Shown here: positions 51,301-64,000 of the stretch, piece by piece
Numbering within the stretch: the first letter of the stretch is position 1
Layout of the letters: each line of letters starts with the position of its first letter
Assembly (NCBI GenBank): GCA_903813345.2
Contig: CAIIXF020000001.1
Coordinates: forward strand, 43,028,001 to 43,092,000
Source: Owenia fusiformis
Lineage: Eukaryota
Direction of reading: 5' to 3'
DNA length: 64,000 nt
Program-made: the position numbers and the translations under genes
The notes under the pieces: generated by a model
Databases searched by the model: none
Told to the model about the DNA's origin: nothing
What the model saw: only the letters and a program-made list of their open reading frames with translations

Positions 51301-54300
51301 TGGAATTTTGAAGGAAAAATAATTTCATTGAAATGCGAATAAAAAATACTTCAAAATGATATGTAAAACACATAGTTGGCTTTTTAAATAAGGCAGAGAT
51401 TAACGTTCAAAGCTGAGATAAGCCCGCATTTTCCGAATTGTCCCCAGGTCCGTGCACGTCATATATTCAATTACGATTATAACTTGGTAGATAAATGTTA
51501 TGAAATACCGTTGAATTAAAATACGTGGACAACTTACAGATATTCTTCGAAGTTGGAATTAACATGATGAAGGACGACGAATATTTGCAGGACACTGTAT
51601 AAATATAAATGCAAACTTATTCCAGAACAGTAAGAAAAAGAAACAGAATAGTACATAGGTCGAAGCAGTCATAAAAAGTAACCCCAACATCCCATTGATC
51701 TGAACCAGAATTAACTTGTGCCGTGCCACCCCCTCACCATCCATGGATCATTATCACACTAAAACTCAAACACTGTGTTTGCAGATTTCTATCCAAAGTT
51801 CACTCCAAGACGGAAACTCCGATGTTAGCAACATTTATCAGCGGAATAGCTGCGGCGTTACTGGCACTGCTCGTGGGACTCCAAGCCTTGGTTGAGATGA
51901 TGTCAATAGGTCGGTATATATCACTCGAGGTAGACTCATTCGAAATGGGCGTTTCCAAGATCATAAGGACTTTCGAAAAAGGAAATGAAATATTTTACAA
52001 CTTCTGATTTCCAATGGTGAACTGATTTTCTCGCTCATTAAAATTTACAAAAGCTTTGTGTAGCAGTATGTTTAATATCATAAAATAGTATCGCACAAAC
52101 GCAAGACACATTTTATTCATTATAATATATATATACATTAATAAAAGAGCATTGTCCCACCAAGCCAGCAAGTAAATGCTTTTCCAAAACATTTCAGTTT
52201 TTATGTAATCATACTGTAGAGAAATATTAAATTGCAATTATGGCACTTTAATTCCTCATTTCATGTTACACAGCTTACCCAAGTTGTTTCACATCAACAC
52301 TTCTCAAATGATCAATGCGACAAAGTTTTTACAACAACGGATTTATATGTAATACTCATTGATTTAACAGAGTGATGTCGCTTGTCAATTTGTCATCCTT
52401 TGCTCATGTCAGTTCCATCAACCAATCCTTAAACCTAGGATTACTGTCATCTTATTGCAAGAACATTAATATAGTACGCATGGGTCTTATAGGTCGTATT
52501 TGTGACTGTATGTTGTAGGAACGCTACTCTCCTACACACTGGTATCCATATCAGTGTTGATCTTGCGTTATGAACCCGAACATAAACACGCCATAACCGC
52601 CCTTGAAGAGATTAAAGAAGAATCTGAACAGGACTCTACCACCATGTCGCAGTCCACATCGACGTCCAATGCCTTCACAGATGACACCCCAAGTAAAAAT
52701 ACGTACAAGGACGGAGCGTTTCTCATACCACCGTCATCAAAAGAAAACAAATCATATGGTACACTCATGGACAATTTCACAGATATATCTGGTTTAAACT
52801 GGTTCAAACGAAATTTAAAAATGTGGAGTTTGCGTCTCGGTTTCCCCGGGGAAGATAGACATCCCACGCACTACACAGCTAGGATTGTTACTATTACAAT
52901 CATAATCTTAGCCATTTTAAAGACATCTCTGAGTTTGTTGATCGTATTTGGGGTGTCACATATTCAAGCCGGTGAACCATGGGCGATAATTGTGCTCCTT
53001 GTACTGATATGTGCTGTTCTCATAGGCCTGGTAGTTATTCTCATGCAGCCACAGAATAAGTAAGTAAAACACAGGCGTAGGCAGCCATGGAGCAGGCAGG
53101 CAAGCAAATGTTACTGAAAAAATACTATTCAGAATTTTAAAACTAAAATTATACTATATCTTAAATGCCCGCCTACTTTTGGACCTGACTACGCCTCCTG
53201 TAAAGGATTGACATAAAAATATTACATGTATTTTCCACTGTAGTTTTTAGCTCACATGGTGAGCTATTGCAATCACTAACTTGTATTGTTTTTCACCCAA
53301 CTTACAAGGCGAGTTAAAAATGTTTTAGTTAACCAAATTTGGCAAATTTCATCATTCTTTTACTAGTTTAACTGATATATCTGACGAATAAATGCAAAAA
53401 TGATAAATGAATTAATAAATGTATTAAACTTGTGATAAAAGTAATTAAGTACATGTATATTGAATGTTGAAGAATCAGAATTGAATAAAGGGTACTTAGG
53501 GCCTAAATAATAAGAAAGGGTAATAATTAGTAAGTTGATCATTTACAGAGTGTCTCAAAATAATTTTGTACCAGAGACAAAACATGGAATATCTCTGTAG
53601 TGAGGAAAGAATATTCTTGAAATTTGGTCAATCATCTGACAGGCAATTGAATGATGCGCAAAGTAATTATATTTAGTTTTAGAGAAAACCCTGTTTTAGT
53701 ACCCTCACTCATTTCTTTGTTAAATTATTACTTTTTATTGTGTGCACAGCTCAGCTTTTTTAGAAGAAGGAAAAAAGAGTTACTCCCATTTCATTTAGAA
53801 CAATCTTTTTGGGACACCCAATATTTAAAACAATCCAAAGATGCTTTAATCCATTCCATTGGTTCCTTAGAAGATGAAACTGCATATCCGACTTCATATG
53901 TGATTAATGGCATCAATTTTGTTTTCCAGTCATAAGAAAAACCATGATGTCTATTTTTATCCATAATTGCTTGAACCTTCTTGGCTGGATTCAATAATGA
54001 GACATTATAAAATCAATCAAAAACCTATCAAAATACATTTGTAAAGTCAGGATTGATCACCTGTGATTTCAGGAGGAGATTAAAGTTTATGGCACCCTGT
54101 GTACCTGTGTTACCAATGTGTGCTATGATGATTAACATCTACTTAATGTTGAAACTTTCCTCTATGACTTGGATACGGTTTGCAGTTTGGTTGGTGTTAG
54201 GTAAGAACTCTTTAAAACAAACACACTTTAAATTTGAGCTATTTTTGATTTTACATGAAAGATGTTACATTTGGATATATGCATAACGCCAATTTTTCAA

Positions 54301-54856
54301 TGAATGCTCATAAAAGGAATGATTTTAAGATTTATAATGTGGCCCCTGCCTTGAGTTCAGAAGCAAAAACACTTTTTTGATTTTTAGCTTTAATGATATT
54401 CAGTTCACCATCTTGTCTCCCTTTGTTTAAAAATCACATCATTTTATGTACATGTACATTTAACTTCCAGGTATAATCATATATTTTGCCTATGGCATCA
54501 GACATAGTGTGAAGGAAGCACCCGATACAGATCCAAATCTTAGCGAACAATTCTCTCCATACAATAAAGACATTAAAGCAGACACTACTCCAATGGAGGA
54601 GACTAAAATTAATGAGTTAAATGGCAACCTTCCACATTCCAAGTCCAACGGTGCAACGCCCCACTCAGAACAGTCTTACCAAAATGGGGCTCCCCCAATA
54701 AACAAAGCGCCACCTTTAGGTCAACAACAGAACCAACCTGATGAAAAACATGATTATTTTAAATATGGATTCATTGCATCGCCAAAAACTGAAAAAAGTC
54801 AGTCTGATGAACATCACGATTTTATGAAACTTGGCTTCATAAAATCGGATAAATAA
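33389..54856 (+). CDS. SLC7A14: Cationic amino acid transporter, SLC7A14-like, about 756 aa, 8 coding exons
   Basis: Exons 33389-33683, 45841-46071, 47870-48078, 49311-49666, 51785-51909, 52519-53059, 54073-54200, 54471-54856; GT-AG, phases consistent. Motifs [95 protein letters not shown]. Confidence 0.93.
37060..37425. repeat. Three diverged 115-145-bp tandem units rich in TGACCT
   Basis: AATCATG...CAAGGGTCACAGCAGCC...TGACCTTTGACCTT, repeated about three times. Confidence 0.7.
41700..42220. repeat. Intronic tandem repeat, about 5 units of 95-105 bp
   Basis: GAATGGAATCCGACAGACTTCAATAACTGAGCTCT recurs at about 41839, 41939, 42044 and 42144, with a degenerate copy near 41748. Confidence 0.9.
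46203..46275. mobile_element. 73-bp internal-deletion derivative of the element at 58443-58820
   Basis: Both ends are identical to the ends of 58443-58820 and are joined directly. Confidence 0.8.
46911..47268 (+). mobile_element. Short HINE-type element with about one monomer of the 30545-32110 array
   Basis: 5' palindrome ATGTCACCAC..GTGGTGACAT, shared monomer (CAACTTGCTTCAAATTGAC...AATCATCTAC) and the same 3' end. Confidence 0.78.
48280..48903. mobile_element. Probable hAT-like element end with clustered ACGG(GAG) subterminal motifs
   Basis: Many TACGG/ACGGGAG motifs at 48675-48890 ending in GGTTGGCAGGTCT; the other terminus was not located. Confidence 0.45.
49023..49224. mobile_element. 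Tc1/mariner-like MITE (short member)
   Basis: TA|CACTCCCTCTATAAG ... CTTATGAAGGGGAGTG|TA. Confidence 0.75.
49701..51455. mobile_element. DNA transposon relic with short TIRs and 5-bp TSD, interrupted by a MITE
   Basis: GCACGAAACTGGGGACAATT / AATTGTCCCCAGGTCCGTGC termini, both flanked by ACGTC (49696-49700, 51456-51460). Confidence 0.7.
49960..50835. mobile_element. Tc1/mariner-like MITE with about 240-bp TIRs
   Basis: TA|CACTCCCC...GGGGAGTG|TA; 49960-~50195 is the near-perfect reverse complement of ~50600-50835; same termini family as 49023-49224. Confidence 0.88.
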
Positions 54857-56129
54857 AGATACTAGTAACTGACCAATTATCATAATAACTGAATGCATGT
54901 ACATGTATATGGCTATTGTGTACTACTTAAAACATCAAGTTTAACCGATTTATTGTCTCTTACTCTTTCTGTAAAATATATTGTAACCTAAATCCCCATC
55001 TATACCTATTACATGTAAATGAAAGTGTATGTGCCTCATGTGATTTAATAAAGCAGTGTACAGTTTATCATGAAATAGACAAGCCAAGCTTCCCCTTTTG
55101 TTTACTTCAAGAAAAACAAATGAAAAACACATTATCTTTGCCTATATATTATGTAATACAGAGTTGGACTTTATCAATTAAAGGGAATGACTAAAAGGAC
55201 CAAACTTAGTAAAAATTAAACAAGAAAGGAGGCATGGCAAGTCTACTTTACACAGGATGTTTCATAATGACCACATTCCCCTTCACAGCCAGCCCTACAT
55301 CAAATGTCCCATAATCTATATACATAATAAAGATTATTTAATTCTGGACTGATGCGCAAAATATCTGCATGTTTGGTCATTGAGAACACAATTTTACGAA
55401 CAAAATAAGTTACAATTTCACTTTCATCAAAATTTGTACATTAAATTTGTACATACTGCCTGGAGATAACAGTTTTCTAGGACATGGTTATCACAGCAGT
55501 TACAAGTGTAGATGGTTAATTGGTTTTAGAAAAGGTCGCTCTCAGATTATATTCTAAAGGTGGAAAACTTTTGGAGATATGTTAGCGCTATGTAGAAGTT
55601 CAGCTTTATCAATGTTGTTTTGATAAGTTCACAAATGATTTAGCTTTCATATGATATATAACATGGAATGAAGCTATCTAAGATTTGCTGTTGATGGAAC
55701 CAGTCAGTATGAAACACCCTGTAAATGTATTTTCTATATAAAAATACATACATATACAAATACATCATGACTAAATATATACATAATTATATAAATTAAT
55801 ATTGTTATTTATAATATATAATTATCATATTACTGTTACTTGTTATGCATCGTAAAACATTGAAAATATAGTATCAAATTCAAATGATTGGAAATGCTAC
55901 ATTGAATATTTTAAATAATAAAGAACATTTTCTCATTCATGTTATCATCAAATGTTGTTTATTTTCATTTCTATGTTGTACATCAGAAATAAGAAAATAA
56001 GATATAATAAAGGTAAGTTAACTAAATGTGGAGTCTCATTCAAATTCTAAAGCACATATTAATGAAGTCTCACTGTCTGATTGTATCTTTTAATAAACAT
56101 GAAAACTGAAAACCTAAATAAGCCCTTCA

Positions 56130-59100
56130 TCAAGAAACCTCGTCGGTTGCAATTTTAGAACCATCTGGAGTATTGCAGTGTTTGTCACTAGATTGTGATA
56201 GATCGTCTCTTTGTTTCTTGTACAGCCAAACTGTATCAATTCCCTCTCCTATAATGTCAGTAGGTGTCCATTTTGGTAGCGGGAAGCGGCACGCTATCAC
56301 CTGACCGTCTTCTTGTAGTTCCTTGTCAAGTTTGATCTCAAGTGGTTCCATCTATTGAAAGAAATAACAAATATTTCTTGAAGTAAAATTCACTAATTGA
56401 TTCGTACACATTGGGGATAAATTTCTGGTAATAATATCCGGTAATGGTGACTGTGAATGTCTAAGTATGAATGCATTTGAAGCATTCATTATTTTTGTTT
56501 GAATTACTTCTATTTGAGTCACAAGAGTAAAAAATGTACATGCCACATATGTAAAGATAATATTTTATAGAAACTTAAGGCGTAATTCTAATAACTTTGG
56601 TAAAAGAAATGAACAAATTTTCTTGAAATTACCACCATGCAGTGGCCATCTTGAAAAAAAACAATTCATCAACAGACACCTTTCCCCAATATGAAGAAAA
56701 TCCATCCACTGGTTTTTGAGATATTTTCCAGAAGTACAGACAGGCTGACAGATGGATGGAGAGCTTCACTACAAGTATAATGTAGCTGTTGAATTTCATT
56801 TGTTAGTATAAATTAATCCTAACTACCATGAAGTGTATAAAGCTTATGCATACCATTTGTTCTACACCAAATATCATCACAGTATTGTAGCTGGTCAAGT
56901 CCACCTGTAAATAAACTAATAAAGTTAAATTAAGGTAGCATTTGCGAATAGACTAGATGCGAGTAGACATAATCTTGATTTACGTCATTAAATATTCCAA
57001 ATTCAGTCAAAGTGATGTCATATTTGAAATCTACATGTAAAAGTACATCCAGAAATATGGTTTCGAAAATTGTTTATCAACTTTGAAAATTAATTTTTTT
57101 TGAAAGTTTGACTTCTCGTTCAGGTTGATTCCCCATAGACCCAATGTTACAAAATCACAAAAAGTGATATATCTTTTCTTGTATTGGACAGATAACATTT
57201 TATTTTACTGGACGTATTTTAATTTGCACAACTATTAAATACATAAGGGTTATATGAAAATTGAACTACTAAAACAGGTGTAATTTAAGTTAAACTGGTG
57301 TTAAGTTAAGTGGTGAAACTGGTAACTACATCGTACCTACTCGCATCTGCGTTATTCAACTGCCACCTGATGGATTAACCTATTATTTTATGGCCAATTC
57401 ATTAAAATGTGAATAGTACCTGCCACTATTCTATTCATATTTAAATGAGTTGGACATAAAAAGAAGGTTAAACTGTCAGCTGGCAGTTGAATTCGTTGAA
57501 ACGGTCCCACTCTCAATTCACTTTCCCAGGGATCCTAATTACAATTATTTTCTATATACCTTTATACTCAATCAGCCAAGTAAACAGTAAAAATATGGAG
57601 AACTAATCCATAGAGGACCACAAGTTTTATAAAAAAATTTGCTGCTACAATGAACTTATCACCACTAGTTTGGTGAAGCACTGTTGACTGCTACTGGGGT
57701 ACTGTTAACTTACACAGACAGTGTTGACCAATAACATTGTGGCATTTGAATGGTGCATGCTTTCAATTAACATTGATAGGCATTTCTTGTAGTTTTAGGA
57801 TTGTCAAGCCCACATAGCTTTCCAGAAACTAGTGATACCCGTCTGTAGCTAGGATTTGCCAAGGGGGTTCACTTTTTGAAAAATTCCAGGGGGCTTCACT
57901 TTTGACAATTTTGGTCCAAAAATGGCCAAAATCACATAAAAAGTGCACAAAATGGTGAAAAACTGCATGATTTTGAAAGAATTTTTGGCTGGGGGGGGGG
58001 GTTCTCGAACCCATCGAACCCCCCTGGCTACGGGCCTGCTGTATATCCATATCAAAACAGCAGATATCATCATAACATAACACATAAATTATGTATTGTG
58101 GTGAGAATAATTTTGTATCTTCAGACCAACAAAACCATTGATTCCTCTCTATGGTCAGCTAATAGCAACTCTTTTTGTCAAAAGGCGTTAAGTTACTCAG
58201 ACTTACATTTTTGTAGGTACTAAGTTATTGAGTTACTAAGTTACTTTGAAACAGTTTACAGTCACAAAACCTGCCATTAATGTTATACATGAGAAAGTTC
58301 CCTGACAATGAAGTCCTACTTTTTGTCAAATGTTATAGAGTTAAGGCTAAAACTGTATGACGGATAGACAGACAGACCAAGGGATGGACGGACACCAAGG
58401 GATGGACAGACACCAAGTATGGGGAGAACTAACAGAATTAGTTACCCTTTGCATTCGTTTGACTTCACTTCTTAAAAGAGAGCTTCGTCTTCACTCTTTC
58501 AAACTAAAATAAACCTGTGAACTCAACGCGCCAATCAGTGTTCGTCGGCCAAATTTGACCGACGTTCTATATATGGGCATTCCTTCTGACGTCATCGTTG
58601 AGCCCGGAATTGACCAATGACATACGCATATTTAATTAGAACGCATTTGGCGTATGTTTCTTCAAGCTCGCTGATTGGTGGAAGAAAGGTCAGCACGTAG
58701 GTCAGAAGTGATTTACTACCCAAACTGTCACCGGTACTCGTCCTGGGGGCGGGGCTACTTAACTGTAATATGGTCTCTACTAGGCAGAGTGTAGTTTAAC
58801 TAGACTCTGCACGCAGGGTAAGAATTAGTGTACCATAAATCCTTTTTATCTATTCAGTCCCTGAAGGACAGAATTATTGAGAAGTGAAATTCATTGTCTC
58901 AACAGCATATCAATGATGCTATTGACCAGATTAGGCCAAAATTGAGGGCTACAATTGATCAAAATGATGGACATATTGAACGTCTGATTATGTAAATAAA
59001 GTTGACAATAAAACTTGGTTTTTGCAAGTTTTGGAAAACCTGTTTTGAAACGAAAATGACGTCATTTATATTAAGGACGATGGTTGACAGACATTATAAT

Positions 59101-61667
59101 AAATTTGAACTTATTATACACCAAATTAAAGATGAGTAAATTCCCTATCCAATGGTATATAATATGACATGTTTTCATCAAGAAAATCAATATTTATTTT
59201 TGAAATATGAGTGTCCCATTTTTTTTTGACCACCCTGTATAGGTTGTAATTTACGTAATTAACCTGGAAGATAGACCCAGAAACCCCTCCTTGAATGAGA
59301 CCTGTTTTCTTGAATGTGCACTAATACATATACATACAAGTACACACCAGAGCCTTTTGTACAAGTTGTGAATCACTCAGTCAAACACCCTGAAGTACTT
59401 CATGCAAAGAAGCAAATCAAGTCTTGCCTGAACCAGGGATTGAATCTGGAACCTATTGCGTAAGAGATACATGCGTTACCGCTGAGCTAATATGGGTGGA
59501 CTTAATGTATGACTAATATGGTATAGTGTAGTTTTAAATGTAGTTGATATTTAAATAAAAACACTAACCTTCCAAAGGTCTTTCCTATAAAATGCTGTTT
59601 GCTTGTGAAGTCCTAATTGATAAGAACGAAGTCTTGAATACCACACCAGCCAAGGATTCAGTTCAACTCCACTGGCCTTGAAACCCAGCTTGGCTGCTTC
59701 ATGTACCTGATAAAAACATACAATAAGAAGATATCATGACTGTATAGCAAGACACAAACTAAACTGATATCTCATTAAAATTATGCAGTAGACTATTAGT
59801 TGATCGAAACTCCATAAATTTCAGTATTTTAGGCACAAAAATTTGTCAAGACTGCATCAGAAGTCAATAAAACAAACACAAACTAGAAAGCATTAATTTA
59901 TAATTTAAAAAGGAATTCATCCTTGCAAAATTACACATATTTGATCAAGGCAATAATACTGAGAAATGTAAAATATTCATAACCTAGCACCTCATTGGAT
60001 AGAATTTGAGAAGAAAAATACAATCACACAAACAAAACAGTACTAAGACCCCAACTCAGACACTTACAGAGTGAGATTTTTGTTAAAATTACAACTTTTA
60101 TTGAAAAACCACTGCTACCTGATTTTCAACATACAAATGTTTATTTTCATTTTTCACCTTGTATTACTTGATTCACTAATGTTGAGATCTTCCTGGTGTT
60201 GTTGCATATTATATCAATTTTGATGCAAATGTCACTAAATTTGCCAAAAAACTCTCAACGAGTTTGAGAAAACCAATTTGGTTGGAAGTTTTAGAAAACC
60301 ACTGCCTAAAAATATCTATGTAAATGGTTAGTCAGCTGGCTTTAGATTACTTGAGTCTCTAGCCAATACTTGGCTAGAGGGGATTGCATCTGGAATACTG
60401 TGAACTCTATTTGAAAAAAGCTGGCCGTGGTGTCATAAATTTATTGAATATTTTAAAAATCGCCAGATAAATAAATCATTAATCAAACCGGACCCAGCTC
60501 GGCTCCTTGATGAGATATGACTTGATTTCATCAGGATTTCGTCTAAAATTAAAACAAAATGGCTCCAAGAAAAATGGCAATGTTCGAAAACTGGACGAAA
60601 TGTCGTTAACGCCTGACATTAGTAACTGGCTGTAAATTCTAAGTTAGCGATCCAGAAGATGTGAACTAATACACTGATCACTTTATGTGTGTTTTGGAAT
60701 TTTTGGTGGGGTAATAAGACTAAAACTCGCAATTCAAATTGTGATGTGGAAAAATGGCGGACATATGATTTCAAATTTTATGATTACGACATGACCATTT
60801 GTTCATGCAAGAATATACATGTATCTGTACTGGAAGGCCACGATACAGTGGCCTTAGAAGAAGGTAAGCTTTAGAAAGGTGTGTTCAGTAACCTTTGGCT
60901 GTGAACTTACATACATGTAAAAGGAGGAAAACCCAAGGTTCGAAGGCATAATCACTGATTGGTCAAATCGGCAGATCAATGATATCATTCAATGGCGGTT
61001 TCAACATTTTTCGAAAGCATTTCTAATAACATTATGTTAATATCTGGCAGAATATTAGCTTGATATTTCAAGATAAAGATGTAAGGAATATATTAGGGAG
61101 GATGTCAAAAGATCGATGTTGCCAAATAAGCCTAAAGGGGGGGGGCGGTGTCTGAAACCCCCAAAATAAGCTTCCCAAACATTGATTCCCGGGAATATAG
61201 TTAACAGGGGGAGGGAGGGTGGTCATAACTGGGTCTTATACGCCTTTTTTAATTTCAGGCCAAATTTTGAAAAAATAGGCGTCAAAATTTCAAAATTTGG
61301 GCCAACTTTTCGGTTTTAGGGGCCCAAAAGGGCCTGTGCAAGCCAGACGTTTTTTTCTCTGAACTGAAATTTGGGCCCCCCCTTATTGCTTCCAAGATCC
61401 ACCCCTGACATGTCAGGGACTAAAACTTACCAATCTGCCATCTCCACTACCCAGATCAACAACTTTGCCAGTTCTGCCCATCAGAAGTTTCATAACATTA
61501 TTAACTTGTGTTGTTGTTGCAGGAACGTATGGGAGGCATATACGCCTGAATGCAGGCAGTACAAATGGTGTGGTCACAGCATAAATCACTCCGAAAATTC
61601 CTCCAGAAATTCCCAATAATACAACGCCAGTTTTCGTCAATTTACCGCCTTTGTTTTCTTCTGACAT
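56130..61667 (-). CDS. ATPSCKMT: ATP synthase c-subunit lysine N-methyltransferase (FAM173 family), about 215 aa, 4 coding exons
   Basis: Exons 61667-61431, 59706-59569, 56904-56854, 56351-56130, all phase 0, GT-AG. N-terminal [58 protein letters not shown]. The RICLP and WLVWYSR motifs favour FAM173B over FAM173A. Confidence 0.9.
57355..57491. repeat. Imperfect about 135-bp palindrome (fold-back MITE)
   Basis: TTCAACTGCCA.CTGA...GTGAATAG pairs with CTATTCAT...TCAGCTGGCAGTTGAA. Confidence 0.75.
58443..58820. mobile_element. Non-autonomous DNA transposon with TACCCT...AGGGTA termini and 9-bp TSD (Academ- or Mutator-like; superfamily uncertain)
   Basis: AGAATTAGT flanks both sides (58434-58442, 58821-58829); related ends at 46203-46275 and about 27249-27272. 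Confidence 0.75.
59275..59495 (-). mobile_element. tRNA-derived SINE relic in ATPSCKMT intron 2
   Basis: Minus strand TAGCTCAGCGGTAA (A box) ... AGATTCAATCCCTG (degenerate B box), followed by non-tRNA body; no intact cloverleaf. Confidence 0.55.
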
Positions 61668-62229
61668 TGTTCATATAGTACAACTGGTAGTATGTGACAT
61701 TCTAAATTACTTAACAGTTCCAAGATATGGTTCCATTTCAAAGATATTGCATATTTCATGAGATTTTCTGATTTAGCTGATTTTTAGCAAGTCAGAAAGG
61801 CGCGAAATTAAACTTTGCGTAATAATTTTGATCTCAGAATTGCAAACATGTTTTACGTTTATCTCTTCCGAAATATGATAGAAAATTATACATTAGTTTG
61901 TTTTTAGTAAAATTAGACAGTTTGTAATCTTTTTCTGAGTATAAACTGCAAATACATTTTTGCGAAAATTGATTTCTTGCAAAACTTTCAAGGCCATCAC
62001 GCATGCGCTTTGCGTCGATAAATAAGATGGAAAAAGTTCGCAAGTTTTTTTCTTTCTTTTTACCAAAATTGCATTATGATATAGTTTGCTGTAGACAATT
62101 ATACCCTGTGTGGTGATGGCAGGGGAAACAAAGAAACCCCAGAAGTCGGTAAGTCTGCGCAAAACCTATTTTGACTTAAAATATTTGAGAAGGAAAGAAA
62201 AGTAGGTCAAAATAAAAATCAGCTGCTTG

Positions 62230-63680
62230 GAAAAATGTTGCAACTTACTCACTTCGAGAGCCATGTTAGATTTTGAAACTTATGGCTCTCAAACGGAGAA
62301 GTGAACAGCTGATCAATAGTGACCTTTGAAATTGAATTAAGTCGATCCGCGGCTTACTTTTGGTCTCTAACTGTGTCTTACATCAGTATCATCAATCCGT
62401 GTACTATTTTTTTCAAGGCCTGTCTGCGTCGCTAACATGCTAAATATAAGAGTTAGCTGACGTTTGGGAGTCTGACTTACCTTCTAAAGGTTAGAACCCG
62501 AATCTTAATGAAACTATATCACCTTTGTTGCGTCGATGATGATGCATAAACATAGCATTTGATAGAAATTAGCGTAAATGCTTTTCCGACTTTTTCATTT
62601 TTCATCAATGTTGACTTCCGGGAAGGCGTTGTAGTTATCACGAAATAACGCATTGACCCTTGAACTTTACTTTGTTGACGTGTCAACCAAGCATGTCTGG
62701 TGTGAAAATTAAAAGAATATTAAGCAATGTTCTACATCCGCCAAGCTAAGTGAAGTAGTCAATATTAAAAATTACCAATTTCAAGTGAAGTACGCAACGA
62801 ACGAAACTGCGTGATCTACACTCCCACTATTGGTCTGAATGAAATGCTACGTAGAAATATGAGCCGTCTGCTGTATTAGTCGATTAATAGAGAAAGACCT
62901 GTTGGTGATGCTTTATAATTTAGACCAAAACATTGAAGAACAAACGAACCTGTAAATCGTGAAAACAACGAACAAATATTCGGTTTTCACATATGTTCGG
63001 TAATTTTTCGTATTGAAACTTCCGGAACTTACAAGGAAATCATTCATTTTCTCGATCCATGATTTACCTCTTGGATGTTGTGGCAAATGCTCCATGGTTG
63101 ACGGAACAAAGGTGATATGGTTTCATTAAGATTCGGGTTCTAACCTTTAGAAGGTAAGTCAGACTCCCAAACGTCAGCTAACTCTTATATTTAGCATGTT
63201 AGCGACGCAGACAGGCCTTGAAAAAAATAGTAAGTATTGGAGCGCTGGAGTACTTCTTTTTCGATCAAGACTTGTAAATTGTTCATCGAGTTAAAGTTTT
63301 ACAGACCTATTTCCAATATGGCGGTTTGCTAGGTGCGAGATACGCAACGAACGAAATGAATTTTGAGAATTAGTTAGGTTCGGACAACCTCCGGAGATTT
63401 AAGAAAATGTCCGAGCAGAAACCGCCATATTGGAATTTGGCAGTAGAACGATTCACTCGACTAACAATTACAAGTCTTGATCGAAAAAGAAGTACTCCAG
63501 CGCTCCAATACTTACACGGATTGATGATACTGATGTAAGACACAGTTAGAGACCAAAAGTAAGCCGCGGATCGACTTAATTCGATTTCAAAGGTCACGAT
63601 CATTGAGCTGTCCAAATGCTCCGTGGGAAAGCTATTATATCAAAATCCAAATAGCTTTCGCAGGAAGTAAGTTGCAACCA
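62230..63680. mobile_element. Long-inverted-repeat (fold-back) element whose left arm is interrupted by a MITE
   Basis: 62320-62403 plus 63233-63325 is the reverse complement of about 63420-63598; outer parts are more diverged; a further left-arm copy lies at about 63947-64000. Confidence 0.8.
62404..63230. mobile_element. Tc1/mariner-like MITE with about 110-bp near-perfect TIRs and TA TSD
   Basis: TA|CTATTTTTTTCAAGGCC ... GGCCTTGAAAAAAATAG|TA; the empty site is preserved in the opposite arm of the host element. Confidence 0.9.
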
Positions 63681-64000
63681 CAGCTACCGGAACAAATAGG
63701 AGAGTTGTCCAAAAAAGAAAATCCACCATCACAATTATCTGTATACCATAAAGACTATAGACTTAGAATTTCACCATGTACTTTAATAATCATCTGTCAC
63801 TGCCTAATTTTTACAATGGGCCCCCACGAAGTGGGCGAAGCTAACTCACTTCGATATATATGTCACGATATTTCCATAATAACAAAACGAAAAAACGGTA
63901 CTTTTAAAATGTCAATATTTTCTGTCCCTATATCTTGACACTGTTGCACTTCGAGAGCCATGTTAGATTTTGAAACTTATGGCTCTCAAACGGGGAAGTG

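Noticed and set aside
59420..59495. Functional tRNA gene
   Set aside because: Degenerate B box and poor stems, continuing into non-tRNA sequence; treated as a SINE head.
61995..62012. NRF1-like ACGCATGCGC site upstream of a mitochondrial-protein gene
   Set aside because: Single imperfect match in repeat-like sequence, with the TSS unknown.

Overview
AT-rich, intron-containing eukaryotic DNA. An invertebrate animal is inferred from gene content and repeat types; the species cannot be determined. Five protein-coding genes were reconstructed by hand with GT-AG junctions and consistent exon phases: (1) a secreted CAP/SCP-TAPS protein with a basic 9-aa repeat and a Thr-rich mucin-like stalk (minus, 312-6399); (2) the last five coding exons of HAUS3 (plus, 9229-19437); (3) a single-coding-exon GT77-type nucleotide-diphospho-sugar transferase nested in a HAUS3 intron (plus, 10661-11626); (4) an SLC7A14-like cationic amino acid transporter (plus, 33389-54856); (5) ATPSCKMT/FAM173B (minus, 56130-61667). 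The rest is rich in non-autonomous DNA transposons (Helentron/HINE-type elements with internal tandem arrays, Transib-like elements, Tc1/mariner-like MITEs, several nested), LINE/SINE relics and tandem repeats. The most unusual observations are an 83-bp minisatellite that duplicates the splice acceptor of a CAP exon 12 times, the repeat architecture of the CAP protein, and genes nested in HAUS3. Most ORF-track entries are repeat-derived or spurious.
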